Below are positions 1 to 8,742 of a stretch of 64,000 nt of DNA, piece after piece. Position numbers and translations under genes: made by a program. Within the stretch, counting starts at the first letter, position 1. Every line of letters starts with the position of its first letter. Below the pieces are notes generated by a model. That model was not told where the DNA came from. It did no database searches and worked only from the letters and a program-made list of their open reading frames with translations. This DNA is from an uncultured delta proteobacterium (GTDB taxonomy: Bacteria > Myxococcota > Myxococcia > Myxococcales > Myxococcaceae). Where the stretch lies: NCBI GenBank assembly GCA_963796055.1, contig CAWCKH010000001.1, forward strand, positions 32,001 to 96,000. The letters are read 5' to 3'.

Positions 1-306
1 CACCAGCCGCACCTTCCCCGCGTACTTCTTCTCCACCTGGCTCACCGTGGCGTGCGCCTGCCGGCAGTAGGGGCACTGGTAGTCGCTGAATTCCACCAGC
101 GTCACCAGGGCGTCGGCCGGGCCGCGCGCCGGTGAATCCTCGACCGGGAGCCGGAAGACGGTGGTGTCCGGGGGCGGCCGCTGGCGGACCGACGGGGTAC
201 CGGGGCGCTGGGCAACCGCGGTGGGGACGGTGGTGCGGGTGGCCTGGCCGACGAAGAAGCCCAGGATGAGCCCCGCGGCCAGGACGAGAAGGTGGCTGAC
301 TTTCAT
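1..306 (-). CDS. DsbA-family thioredoxin-fold protein, truncated by window edge
   Basis: Manual translation from ATG at 306: MKVSHLLVLAAGLILGFFVG (signal/TM)...DSPARGPADALVTLVEFSDYQCPYC; not in ORF track. Confidence 0.85.
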   Translation of the reverse strand, partial: MKVSHLLVLAAGLILGFFVGQATRTTVPTAVAQRPGTPSVRQRPPPDTTVFRLPVEDSPARGPADALVTLVEFSDYQCPYCRQAHATVSQVEKKYAGKVRLV

Positions 307-393
307 GATGACTCTGGACTGCTCCTCGGGAGGGGCGCCGCCCGGCGCGGCTGGAAGCGACCGGCGGCAGTGCTATGAAGGGGATACTCCGGC

Positions 394-681
394 ATGGGCC
401 GCCTCGTCCAGCTTCGGGTCGGGGCGCTGCCCTGTCCACTCCCCATCGTGCGGCTTGCCGAGTGCGCCCGCGGGCTGGACGCCGGCGATCTGGTGGACCT
501 CACCGGCTCGGACCCGGCGATCGGCCCGGACGTGGATGCCTGGTGCATGCGCTTTGGCCACCGCGTGCTGTCCGCGGACCGGGGTCCGGGTGGGTGGAGC
601 ATCCGGGTCCAGCTCACCTCCCGCGGACGGGATTGGGTACCCGGCGCCCCGGGGGGGCAGGAGTCCAACACCGCGGGATGA
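394..681 (+). CDS. TusA/SirA-like sulfur carrier protein
   Basis: 95 aa; ALPCPLP (CPxP) motif and SDPAIGPDVDAWC...GH pattern. Confidence 0.75.
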   Translation: MGRLVQLRVGALPCPLPIVRLAECARGLDAGDLVDLTGSDPAIGPDVDAWCMRFGHRVLSADRGPGGWSIRVQLTSRGRDWVPGAPGGQESNTAG

Positions 682-695
682 CGGCCGGGCAGCGA

Positions 696-711
696 TGGCA
701 CCGGGCTTGAA
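696..711 (+). promoter_or_regulatory. sigma54-like -24/-12 element (GA variant at -12)
   Basis: TGGCACCGGGCTTGAA: GG-N10-GA in the intergenic gap upstream of 726. Confidence 0.4.
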
Positions 712-725
712 GTGACCCGTGGCCC

Positions 726-1607
726 ATGAGACTTCGCAACTCAGCAGTTCCCGGTGCGGGCCCGGTGTCGGAGCCGGACATCGTCGCCGAGGCCGATGCG
801 CTCGCTCGGTCCATCGGGCTGCTCAGCGACGAAGTCCAGGCGCTGAGCGAACGCGCCGCCCGGCTGCAACAGGCTGGTCATCCGGAGGCGGAGTGGCTCC
901 TGGCCCGGTTCCAGACCCACCGGCTCGCTTGCCCCGACCTCTCGGGCCCCGCGGCCCGGATCCTGATCCAGGCCAGCTTCGCCGCCCTCGAGGAGCACCG
1001 GGCCGGGCTGGCACGCGACGCCGCGGAGCTCGACCGGGTCGAGGCCGCCGCCGAGGAGGCCCGGGCCGAGGAGGTGCGACGTGCCGAGGCCGCGAGGAGG
1101 GAGGCGGAGGCCCGCGCCCGACGCGAGGCACAGGCGGCCGCCCAGCGACGCCCGGGCCCCGCGCCGGTCCTCTCTCCGCAGGGGGCCCCGGCCCCCGCCG
1201 GTCCCCGGCCTGCGGGTCAGCCGCTGGGCAAGATCTCTGCCCCCGCGGCGGCCGTCGCGGGGGGCCCGGGCCGCAACGGCGCCCGCGTCCCGATGCAGAC
1301 CCAGGTGGACATGACGAGCGACTCGAACGTCTTCACCGGGTTCAGCACCAACCTGAGCGAGGGCGGGGTGTTCGTCGCCACGGTGAATCTACTGCCCGTG
1401 GGGACGCCGGTGGACCTGACCTTCAGCCTTCCGGGGAAGACCCGCATCACGGTCAGGGGCGAGGTGCGCTGGACGCGCGAGATCGACGACCGGGTGCCGG
1501 ACGTGTTCCCCGGGGTGGGCGTGCGCTTCCTCGAGCTCAGCGCCGAGGCCAGCGAGGCGCTGCACCGCTTCGTGGCCGAGCGCGAGCCGCTCTTCTACCC
1601 GGACTGA
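726..1607 (+). CDS. TIGR02266-family protein (coiled coil, Pro-rich linker, C-terminal PilZ-like domain)
   Basis: C-terminus SDSNVFTGFSTNLSEGGVFVAT...GEVRWTRE...PGVGVRF...REPLFYPD, typical of the myxobacterial family. Confidence 0.85.
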   Translation: MRLRNSAVPGAGPVSEPDIVAEADALARSIGLLSDEVQALSERAARLQQAGHPEAEWLLARFQTHRLACPDLSGPAARILIQASFAALEEHRAGLARDAAELDRVEAAAEEARAEEVRRAEAARREAEARARREAQAAAQRRPGPAPVLSPQGAPAPAGPRPAGQPLGKISAPAAAVAGGPGRNGARVPMQTQVDMTSDSNVFTGFSTNLSEGGVFVATVNLLPVGTPVDLTFSLPGKTRITVRGEVRWTREIDDRVPDVFPGVGVRFLELSAEASEALHRFVAEREPLFYPD

Positions 1608-1630
1608 CGGCCGAAGCCGGTCTCGGCCGT
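1607..1630. terminator. Hairpin between convergent genes, possible terminator
   Basis: ACGGCCGA-N8-TCGGCCGT 8-bp stem; no U-tract. Confidence 0.3.
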
Positions 1631-1633
1631 GGC

Positions 1634-2584
1634 TCAACCCAGCGGCTCTCCGCCGTGGACAGGCGCCGAGGTCACGTCGAGCACCCGCTGCTCCAGCGAG
1701 CTGCCCTGGGCGAGCGAGGTGATGCGCGCGCCGCGGGCGAGCAGGAGCTCGAGCACCGAGGCAATGACGTCGTCGGCGGGAGGCGCATCGGGCGAGAGCC
1801 GCACCGTGAGCCGTCCGGACGGGGAGAGGTCCAGCTGGGCCACCCCGGGCAGCAACCGGATCTCCGGAAGCGGCACGTCCCCGCGGCTCAGCTGGACCGA
1901 GAACTCGGCGCCGCGCCGGGTGACCTCGGCCAGCGTGCCGTCCTGGACCACCTTGCCGTGGTCGAGCACCGTGACCGCATCGCAAAGCCGCTCCAGCTCC
2001 GAGAGGTTGTGGCTGCTGATGACCACCGTTCGCTGCCCGCGCAGCCCGGCCAGGAGCGTTCGGACCTCTGCCGCAGCCCGCGGGTCCAGCCCGGCGGTGG
2101 GCTCGTCGAGGAGCAGCAACTCCGGCGCGCCGAGCAGCGCCTGGGCCAGGGCAACCCGCTTGGCCACCCCGTGGGAGAGCGACCGCGGCGAGGCATCCCA
2201 GGCCTCGGGGAGGGCCACTTGCTCCAGGGCGATGCGGGCCGCGGCCTCCGGACGGGTCTCCCCGGACAGCCTGGCCCAGGTCGTCAGGAGCGTGCCCACG
2301 TCGAGGTACGCGGGCAGCGGCGCATCCTGGGGGAGCACGCCGAGGCGCGGGCGGGCGGGGCCCCGGTCGTGCGGGTCCCGGGCCAGAACGCGCACCGTGC
2401 CCTGGCCCGGGCGCAGGAACCCGGCGGCGAGGCCGAAGGTGGTCGTCTTGCCGGCGCCGTTCGGACCCACCAGGCCGTGGCAGCTGCCGGTGCGTACCTG
2501 GAAGCTCACCCGGTCGAGCGCCACCGTCCTGCCGTAGCGCTTCGTCACCCCGTCGAAGCTGAGCGCGGCGTCCACGGCGGTCAC
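1634..2584 (-). CDS. ABC transporter ATP-binding protein
   Basis: Walker A GPNGAGKTT, LSHG signature, LLLLDEP, SSH; GTG start overlaps the permease stop. Confidence 0.9.
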   Translation of the reverse strand: MTAVDAALSFDGVTKRYGRTVALDRVSFQVRTGSCHGLVGPNGAGKTTTFGLAAGFLRPGQGTVRVLARDPHDRGPARPRLGVLPQDAPLPAYLDVGTLLTTWARLSGETRPEAAARIALEQVALPEAWDASPRSLSHGVAKRVALAQALLGAPELLLLDEPTAGLDPRAAAEVRTLLAGLRGQRTVVISSHNLSELERLCDAVTVLDHGKVVQDGTLAEVTRRGAEFSVQLSRGDVPLPEIRLLPGVAQLDLSPSGRLTVRLSPDAPPADDVIASVLELLLARGARITSLAQGSSLEQRVLDVTSAPVHGGEPLG

Positions 2585-3453
2585 AGGTCCCTGAACCGGA
2601 ACGCGGCCCAGGCGCCAGCGAGGAAGACGGTCCCGAAGGCCGCGTAGGCCGCAGCCGAGGTGAGCAGGGCGGTGGACGAGCCGAGCACACCCGAGGCGTA
2701 CGCGGATGGCGACAGCCAGCGGAGGGCCTCGGTCCACGAGGCGGAGCCGCCCATCCGGTGCACCAGCGCCGCCCGGCCTCCGATGGCGTCGAGGAGCCAG
2801 AACCCGAACAGCGCCACCACGTTGAGCAGCAGGCTGGCCGCAGGGCTGCTGGTCAGCGTCGACGAGAGCGCGGTCAGGGCGAGGTACCCGAAGGCGAAGG
2901 CCGTGCCCCCCACCCAGAAGCGGGCCGCCGCCTCGGCGTAGCCGAGCGGCTCGAGCCCCGGCCGCAGACCCGCACCGGCCACGAAGAGGCCAGTCAGCAC
3001 CAGCGCCAGGAGCACCCCCAGAACCAGCGCCTGGGCGACGAACTTTCCGGCGAGGATGCTTCCCCGCCGTGCCCGGACCGCGAGGTAGCGGACGCTGCCC
3101 GTGTTCACCTCGGCGCTGACCTGGTCGTAGCCGAGGAGGGCGATGAAGAGCGGAAGGAAGAAGAGCGTGGCCCGGAACACCAGCGGCACCAGCAGGGGGA
3201 GCTCGGACAGGCGCTGGAAGGCCGCGCCGTCCTCGCCGGCCAGGAAGCCCAGGATGCCCGCGCTGGCCGCGGCGGCAGCCTCGGGGCCCTGGGCGTCGAG
3301 TCCGCGGGTCAGCAGCCCCACCACCAGGCCGATCAGCGCGGTCGAGGTGGCGAAGAGCAGCAAGAGAACCAGCACCCGGGCGTTCCGGACGATGCGAAGC
3401 AGCTCGGTCCGGCTCACCGCCAGGGTCTCGAGGAGGGGGCTCGACGGGCTCAA
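2581..3453 (-). CDS. ABC-2 type transporter permease
   Basis: About 6 TM segments; EVNTGSVRYLAVRARRGSILAGKF motif; coupled to the ATPase. Confidence 0.85.
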   Translation of the reverse strand: MSPSSPLLETLAVSRTELLRIVRNARVLVLLLLFATSTALIGLVVGLLTRGLDAQGPEAAAAASAGILGFLAGEDGAAFQRLSELPLLVPLVFRATLFFLPLFIALLGYDQVSAEVNTGSVRYLAVRARRGSILAGKFVAQALVLGVLLALVLTGLFVAGAGLRPGLEPLGYAEAAARFWVGGTAFAFGYLALTALSSTLTSSPAASLLLNVVALFGFWLLDAIGGRAALVHRMGGSASWTEALRWLSPSAYASGVLGSSTALLTSAAAYAAFGTVFLAGAWAAFRFRDL

Positions 3454-3530
3454 CGTGGGCCCAGGGCCTACCAGAGGATACCGGCCAAAGTCTTCACCGG
3501 TCGGCGGAGGTCATCGTACGATGAAGGGAC

Positions 3531-4814
3531 ATGCGCGCTGCGCTCCCCCTCGCGTTCCTCGCCGTGCTGCTCAGCGGCTTCGCCCCCGAGGACGAGGCGC
3601 TCGATCCCGCCACCCTTCCCGGAGCCTTCAGCTTCCCGGCTTCGGTGGACACGTCCGAGGCCACGCCGGTGGCTCCCGTCGCCTCGCCCGCGGTGCCGAG
3701 CCGGGTGAAGACCCCGCCGCTCGCCTCGGTGCGTCCACTCGCGCCGGCCGACGATCTGCTCTCGCGCGCCCGCCGGGACGGCTCGCGCTACGTGGTGGCG
3801 GAACCGGAAGGGGAGGCGGCACTCACCCTGGTTCCCTCCATCCAGGAGAGCCTCGCCCGTACGCTCACCGACTACCAGACACCCTGGGCGGCGGTGGTGG
3901 TGCTCGAGCCTTCCTCCGGGCGGGTGCTGGCGATGGTGGAGCACAGCCAGGCCGCGCCTGGACTCCGGGGCCTCCCGGTCAAGGCGGTGTTTCCCGCGGC
4001 GAGCGTCTTCAAGCTGGTGACCGCCAGCGCGTTGCTCGACGAGGGGGTCAGCCCCGAGGACGAGTCCTGCTACCACGGCGGCAAGCGGCGGGTGAGCGAG
4101 TCGCTGCTCGCCGACTCGAGCCGCGACCGCGAGTGCGTCAGCCTCTCCGAGGCCCTGGGGCGGAGCACCAACGTGGTCTTCGCCAAGCTGACCCACCGCT
4201 ACCTCGACGCGGACAAGCTCCGCGCCGCGGCCGAGCTGTTCCACTTCAACCGGCCCATCCCCTTCGCCATCCCCACCGAACCGTCGCTGGCCGCAGTCCC
4301 TGACCAGCCGCTGGAGCTGGCGCGCACGGGGGCGGGCTTCGGGGACGTGTACCTCTCGCCGCTGCACGGGGCGCTCATCGCCTCGGTCGCTGCGAACCGC
4401 GGTCTGTGGCGCGCTCCGATCCTCTTCGAGCGGGACCTCGCCACCGCGCCGGACCCGGAGCGGGTGCTGAGCGAGGAGCGGGCCCAGGAGCTGACCGCGA
4501 TGATGGAGGAGACGGTGACCCATGGCACCGCCCGGCGCTTCTTCCGCCTGCGGGAGCTCCGGGGCGCGGTGGGCAAGACCGGCTCGCTCGCCGACCGGAA
4601 CCCCTTCCGCGACTACTCCTGGTTCGTCGGCTTCGCCCCCAAGGACGAGCCCCGGATCGCGGTGGCCGCGGTGGTGGTGAACGAGCCCCGCTGGCGCATC
4701 CGCGCGCCCTGGCTGGCCCGGGAGGCGATGCGGCTCGGGCTGGACGCGGTGGGGTCGGGGCGGCTGGCCTCGCTCAGCGGAGCTCGATCAGCCCCTGCTC
4801 GACGAAGCCCTTGA
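3531..4814 (+). CDS. Penicillin-binding transpeptidase domain protein
   Basis: SxxK (SVFK), SxN (STN) and KTG motifs; WFVGFAP; N-terminal signal. Confidence 0.9.
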   Translation: MRAALPLAFLAVLLSGFAPEDEALDPATLPGAFSFPASVDTSEATPVAPVASPAVPSRVKTPPLASVRPLAPADDLLSRARRDGSRYVVAEPEGEAALTLVPSIQESLARTLTDYQTPWAAVVVLEPSSGRVLAMVEHSQAAPGLRGLPVKAVFPAASVFKLVTASALLDEGVSPEDESCYHGGKRRVSESLLADSSRDRECVSLSEALGRSTNVVFAKLTHRYLDADKLRAAAELFHFNRPIPFAIPTEPSLAAVPDQPLELARTGAGFGDVYLSPLHGALIASVAANRGLWRAPILFERDLATAPDPERVLSEERAQELTAMMEETVTHGTARRFFRLRELRGAVGKTGSLADRNPFRDYSWFVGFAPKDEPRIAVAAVVVNEPRWRIRAPWLAREAMRLGLDAVGSGRLASLSGARSAPARRSP

Positions 4815-5907
4815 AGCAGCGGAGCGCGTCCAGCTCGTGGATGGGCGAGACCTGGACGATGGCCTCCACCGTCCGAAGCCCGTCGATGCGCGAGAGCAGG
4901 TAGCGCTCGGGGGCGCTGAGCGGCATCTGTCGCACCAGCCCCGTCGACACCTTGAGCCGGGGCACCTTCCCCCCGTGGACCAGCTCGGCCTTGAGCTGAT
5001 CGGCCAGCGCCGCCTCTGCCTGCCGGAGGAAGTTGGCCGTCTGCGCCGACGGGGAGACCTCGTAGGCGCGCCGGGCCAGGGCGGCCGCGTCGGCGACGTT
5101 GCCCGAGGCATAGAAGGCCTCGGCGGCACGGAGAATCTCCTCGGCGCCCTGCTCGGTACCCAGGACCTCCGGGACCTCGGTGGGGACGGTCGGCGACTCG
5201 GTGGGGACGACCGATACTGCCCCCAGCCGATGCAGGGCGAACAGCCGCTGGTAGAGGAAGAAATCCGTGGAGTGGAGCGCCAGCACCAGGTCGTCGATGC
5301 TGGCGCCGTCCTCGATCAGCGTGTACAGCCGGTCGTCCAGGCTTCCGGGCTCGGGCGGGCCGGCGAGCTGGTCGCGCTCGAGACGCAGCCGCACCCGACC
5401 GGTGGGGAACACCTCGCGGATGGCCTTCCAGGCGGTCCCGCGGAGATCCGCCTCGCGGTGCACGTCCAGCAGGCTCACGCTGATGTCGAGCCCCTGCACG
5501 GTGGTGGGGGTCTCGCCCGGGGTGAAGGTGAACCGCCCCTCGGTCCAGTCGAAACAGCCCAGGAGGGCCTCGCGGAACTTGAGCGAGAGCGCGTTGCGGA
5601 TGGCGTCCTCGGGCACCTTGCCCGAGTCGACGAGGATCTTCCCCAGCGCGACCTTGGTGGCCAGCTGCTGCTGGAAGGCCTGCGTGTATTCGTCCTCGGT
5701 GATCATCCCCATGTTCATCAGGAACTGGGCGAGGTACTCCCGAGGGGCATTGCTCCCGGCCTGGATGACCGCGCCTTCGCGCAGGACGACCTGATGGCGC
5801 TCGTCCGGCCGCTCCACGACCAGGGTGCCCGTCGCCTTCCGGTTGCCCAGGTAGGCCACCAGGTCCCGGAGGGGCATCGTCGCAAGGTCGCCCAGAAGCC
5901 CGCGCAT
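4774..5907 (-). CDS. DUF4388 (PATAN-like) domain protein
   Basis: GLLGDLATMPLRDLVAYL...ATGTLVV...FDWTEGRFTF; myxobacterial-type C-terminus YLLSRIDG. Confidence 0.8.
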   Translation of the reverse strand: MRGLLGDLATMPLRDLVAYLGNRKATGTLVVERPDERHQVVLREGAVIQAGSNAPREYLAQFLMNMGMITEDEYTQAFQQQLATKVALGKILVDSGKVPEDAIRNALSLKFREALLGCFDWTEGRFTFTPGETPTTVQGLDISVSLLDVHREADLRGTAWKAIREVFPTGRVRLRLERDQLAGPPEPGSLDDRLYTLIEDGASIDDLVLALHSTDFFLYQRLFALHRLGAVSVVPTESPTVPTEVPEVLGTEQGAEEILRAAEAFYASGNVADAAALARRAYEVSPSAQTANFLRQAEAALADQLKAELVHGGKVPRLKVSTGLVRQMPLSAPERYLLSRIDGLRTVEAIVQVSPIHELDALRCFKGFVEQGLIELR

Positions 5908-6172
5908 GGGCGCTAGTGTCACAGGCGTGACGGTCCGGATCTACACGAAACCCCGCTGCTCGCTGTGCGACCAGGCGCGCCGGGTTCTCGAGGAGCTCCA
6001 GACCCGGGTCACGTTCGTCCTGGAGGTCCTGGACATCCGGGAGCACGCGGACACCTGGGAGCGGTACCGACATGCGGTCCCGGTCATCACCCTCGACGGC
6101 GAGGAGATCACCCGGCTGCATGTCGACGCCGCCGCGCTCGAGACCCGGCTTCGTGGCACGGGCGTTGCCTAG
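5906..6172 (+). CDS. Glutaredoxin-like protein (DUF836 type); start may be GTG 5927
   Basis: YTKPRCSLC...RYRHAVPVI. Confidence 0.85.
   Translation: MGASVTGVTVRIYTKPRCSLCDQARRVLEELQTRVTFVLEVLDIREHADTWERYRHAVPVITLDGEEITRLHVDAAALETRLRGTGVA
6154..6169 (+). promoter_or_regulatory. sigma54 -24/-12 promoter for the REC-GGDEF gene
   Basis: TGGCACGGGCGTTGCC, near-perfect TGGCACG-N4-TTGC; lies in the glutaredoxin 3' end. Confidence 0.7.
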
Positions 6173-6255
6173 GGCACCCCCGTCGCCCGGTCCGGGCGAG
6201 CCGAAGCCTGAACTTCTGACGGGCGCCGGGCGAAGGCGACCCTGGAGAAACGACC

Positions 6256-7167
6256 GTGGCCCAGCACGACCTACACACGCCCCGGGTGATGGTGGTCGAC
6301 GAGTCCGGGGCGGCGCGCACCCAGATGGGCGAGGCGCTTCGCGCTGCGGGGCTGCACACCGTTGCCCTGGGCAGCGCGGAGGCCGCCCTTCCGCTGTGGA
6401 GCCTGTTCCGGCCTCAGGTGGTGCTGATGGCCGCGCACGCGCCGGCGTTCGCCTCGGTGGCGATCGCCCGGCGGCTGCAGGCCCAGTCGAAGGGAGCGGT
6501 GCCCTTCGTCTACCTGCTCGATGCGCCGGACCCCGAGCTCCGCCTGCACGTGCTCGAGCGTGGCCACGGGGTGGATGCGCTCTGCAAGCCGCTCGAGCCG
6601 CGGGAGCTGGTCGCGCGCGTCCGTGGGCTGCTCCGGTTCCGGGAGGGTGTCCGTCGCACCGCTCCGGCAGACGACGAGACCAACGGGCTGCGTGACCGCC
6701 TCACCGGCATCTGGACCCGCCGGGCGATGACCGCCTTCGTCCACCAGGAACTGCGCCGTTGCGAGCGGCACGGCGGCGGGTTCGGCGTCCTGGGCATCGA
6801 GCTGCAGGGGTTCCGCCAGCTCCGGCAGGCGTTCGGCCGTGGCATGGCCGACCGGCTGGTGCTCTACGCGAGCACGGTGCTTCTCCAGTTCAGCCGGGAG
6901 GCCGATGTGGTGGCCCGCATGGCCGACGACCGGTTCGCGGTGCTGCTCCCCTCCACGCCCCACGAGGGCCTGCCCTGGGTGCGCTCACGCCTCGCCGAGC
7001 GGTTCGAGCGCGCGCGCTTCCAGGTCGACGGGCACATCGTGCGAACCGCCGTCTCGCTCGGGTGTGCGGCGTTCCCCGAGGTCCAGGGCAACGCGCGGCG
7101 GCTGCTCACCGCGGCGTTCCAGCGGATCCCCGCAGCGGACGTGGTGCAGACCCCCGTGCTCAGCTGA
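6256..7167 (+). CDS. Pseudo-receiver plus degenerate GGDEF protein (possibly ActA-like)
   Basis: REC fold (VMVVDE...CKP) lacking the phospho-Asp; DRLTG...RxxD (READ) followed by ADDRF in place of GGDEF. Confidence 0.8.
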   Translation: MAQHDLHTPRVMVVDESGAARTQMGEALRAAGLHTVALGSAEAALPLWSLFRPQVVLMAAHAPAFASVAIARRLQAQSKGAVPFVYLLDAPDPELRLHVLERGHGVDALCKPLEPRELVARVRGLLRFREGVRRTAPADDETNGLRDRLTGIWTRRAMTAFVHQELRRCERHGGGFGVLGIELQGFRQLRQAFGRGMADRLVLYASTVLLQFSREADVVARMADDRFAVLLPSTPHEGLPWVRSRLAERFERARFQVDGHIVRTAVSLGCAAFPEVQGNARRLLTAAFQRIPAADVVQTPVLS

Positions 7168-7624
7168 CCCGCCGCGCCCGGGTCTTCCTGCCGGCCGCCT
7201 GCTTCGGCGCCCTCCGCTCCCGTGACAGTGCCAGCACCCGGGCGTAGTCGGCAGGGGTGACCGGCGCGACGCTCAGCCGGCTCCGGGTCAGCAGCGGGAA
7301 GCTGCGGAGCTTCGGGTCGGCGCGGATCCGCTCCAGGGTCACCGGCGTGGCCAGAGGCTCGACGGGCTCGACCTCGACCGAGGCCCAGTCCTCGCCGGGG
7401 GCGGTGGGATCGGCCCGGGCGACGCGCGAGACCCGGGCGATGCCGACCACCGCCTTCTCCTCCGTCGAGTGGTAGTAGAGGCAGCGGTCTCCCAACGCCA
7501 TCGCCCGGAGGTTGTTGCGGGCCTCGAAGTTCCGGACGCCGGTCCACTCGGTCCGGCCGTCGGCCTGGAGCCGGGCGAAGGCGTAGGCGGAAGGTTCGCT
7601 CTTGATCAGCCAGTGGGCGGGCAC
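7160..7624 (-). CDS. EVE domain-containing protein
   Basis: HWLIKSEP...WTGVRNFEARNNLRAM..GD..LYYHS...RLSV. Confidence 0.92.
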   Translation of the reverse strand: MPAHWLIKSEPSAYAFARLQADGRTEWTGVRNFEARNNLRAMALGDRCLYYHSTEEKAVVGIARVSRVARADPTAPGEDWASVEVEPVEPLATPVTLERIRADPKLRSFPLLTRSRLSVAPVTPADYARVLALSRERRAPKQAAGRKTRARRVS

Positions 7625-7660
7625 GGGGCGGGCGAGACTAGCGCCCCGGCGTGTCCTCCG

Positions 7661-7876
7661 TCATGCGCTGACCTTGGTCTCCGGAGCAGGCGCGACCTCG
7701 GTGTTACGGGCACCGAGGAACTGGTGGCCGAGGAGCTGGCTCGCGGCCATGAGGCCGATGCCCACCAGCCCGAGGGCGGCAGGCTCCGCGTAGCCCCCCA
7801 GCAGCGTCCCGAGGACCGTCATCGCCGCCCCTCCCATCGTGAACGAGACCACCGCCGCCGCCGCCGCCTTCCACAT
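7661..7876 (-). CDS. Small two-helix membrane protein (71 aa), hypothetical
   Basis: ATG 7876 preceded by GGGAG; high GC3; MWKAAAAAVVSFTMGG...EPAALGLVGIGLMAA. Confidence 0.6.
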   Translation of the reverse strand: MWKAAAAAVVSFTMGGAAMTVLGTLLGGYAEPAALGLVGIGLMAASQLLGHQFLGARNTEVAPAPETKVSA

Positions 7877-8117
7877 AAGACTCCCGCCGCCTCCCTCGCC
7901 CGACCCTGACTGCGCGCGGAAGCTAGGGATCCGTTCGGCGTTGTGCAGCGCAAGCCCTTCGCGCGCGCGGCGCGACTGTCGTGCGGCTCGACACTCGCGC
8001 TCGCGCGTCCAGCGAGCGGACGTTGCCGTCCGCTCCACGGGCGGAACTTCTTACGGCCTCGGGCATGGCAGGTCGGCACGTTGCGGGACTTCCCGCGGGG
8101 TTGGCGCGCTCACCGGC

Positions 8118-8133
8118 TGGCACAGCCGCTGCT
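8118..8133 (+). promoter_or_regulatory. sigma54 -24/-12 promoter of the exo-like operon
   Basis: TGGCACAGCCGCTGCT, GG-N10-GC, about 40 bp upstream of the ATG. Confidence 0.65.
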
Positions 8134-8172
8134 ACCTCGCCCGGCGTGCAGACGACACGGGTTGGAAGGTGG

Positions 8173-8730
8173 ATGGGGAGCCTCCTCGCGGGGCTACTGG
8201 TGCTCGGCGGCTGCGCACACGAGCAACCGGCCCCACCGGTCGCGGCAGCCGAGGAGCCGTACCGGATCGGGAAGGAGGACGTGCTCGACGTCTCGGTGTG
8301 GCGGGATCCAGATCTGTCGCGAACCCTCCCGGTCCGCCCCGATGGCTTCATCACCCTGCCGATGGTGGGGGAGATGCAGGCCGAGGGGCGGACGACGGTG
8401 GAGCTGGAGCAGGACATCGCCCGTCGGCTCGAGAAGTACATCCAGAGCCCGCGGGTGACGGTGATGGTCCGCGAGGTCAACAGCGCCCGGGTCTTCGTCA
8501 CCGGAGAGGTGCAGAAGCCCGGGGCGTATCCGCTCCGGGGCAACGTCACCGTGCTCCAGGCGCTGGCGATGGCGGGAGGACTGACCGAGTTCGCGGACCG
8601 GGACGGGATGACGGTGATCCGGGCCAACAACGGCCCGCGCATCGCGGTGCGGTACTCGGACCTGGTCGACCGCCGGACACAGGGGGCGGATTTCCCGCTG
8701 CAGCCCGGCGACACGGTCGTCGTGCCCTGA
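8173..8730 (+). CDS. exoA: Short OPX/Wza polysaccharide export lipoprotein (ExoA-like)
   Basis: Lipobox LGGC; YRIGKEDVLDVSVW...VRPDGFITLP..GE; ends LQPGDTVVVP with no outer-membrane helix. Confidence 0.85.
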   Translation: MGSLLAGLLVLGGCAHEQPAPPVAAAEEPYRIGKEDVLDVSVWRDPDLSRTLPVRPDGFITLPMVGEMQAEGRTTVELEQDIARRLEKYIQSPRVTVMVREVNSARVFVTGEVQKPGAYPLRGNVTVLQALAMAGGLTEFADRDGMTVIRANNGPRIAVRYSDLVDRRTQGADFPLQPGDTVVVP

Positions 8731-8742
8731 GCGGATCCCGCC

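Noticed and set aside
5905..5908. Divergent genes sharing a palindromic CATG start (also at 51811-51814)
   Set aside because: Downstream alternative starts (5927, 51875) fit the protein families equally well or better
7160..7624. EVE protein as part of a modified-DNA defence system
   Set aside because: Stand-alone EVE domain with no nuclease fusion or neighbouring defence genes
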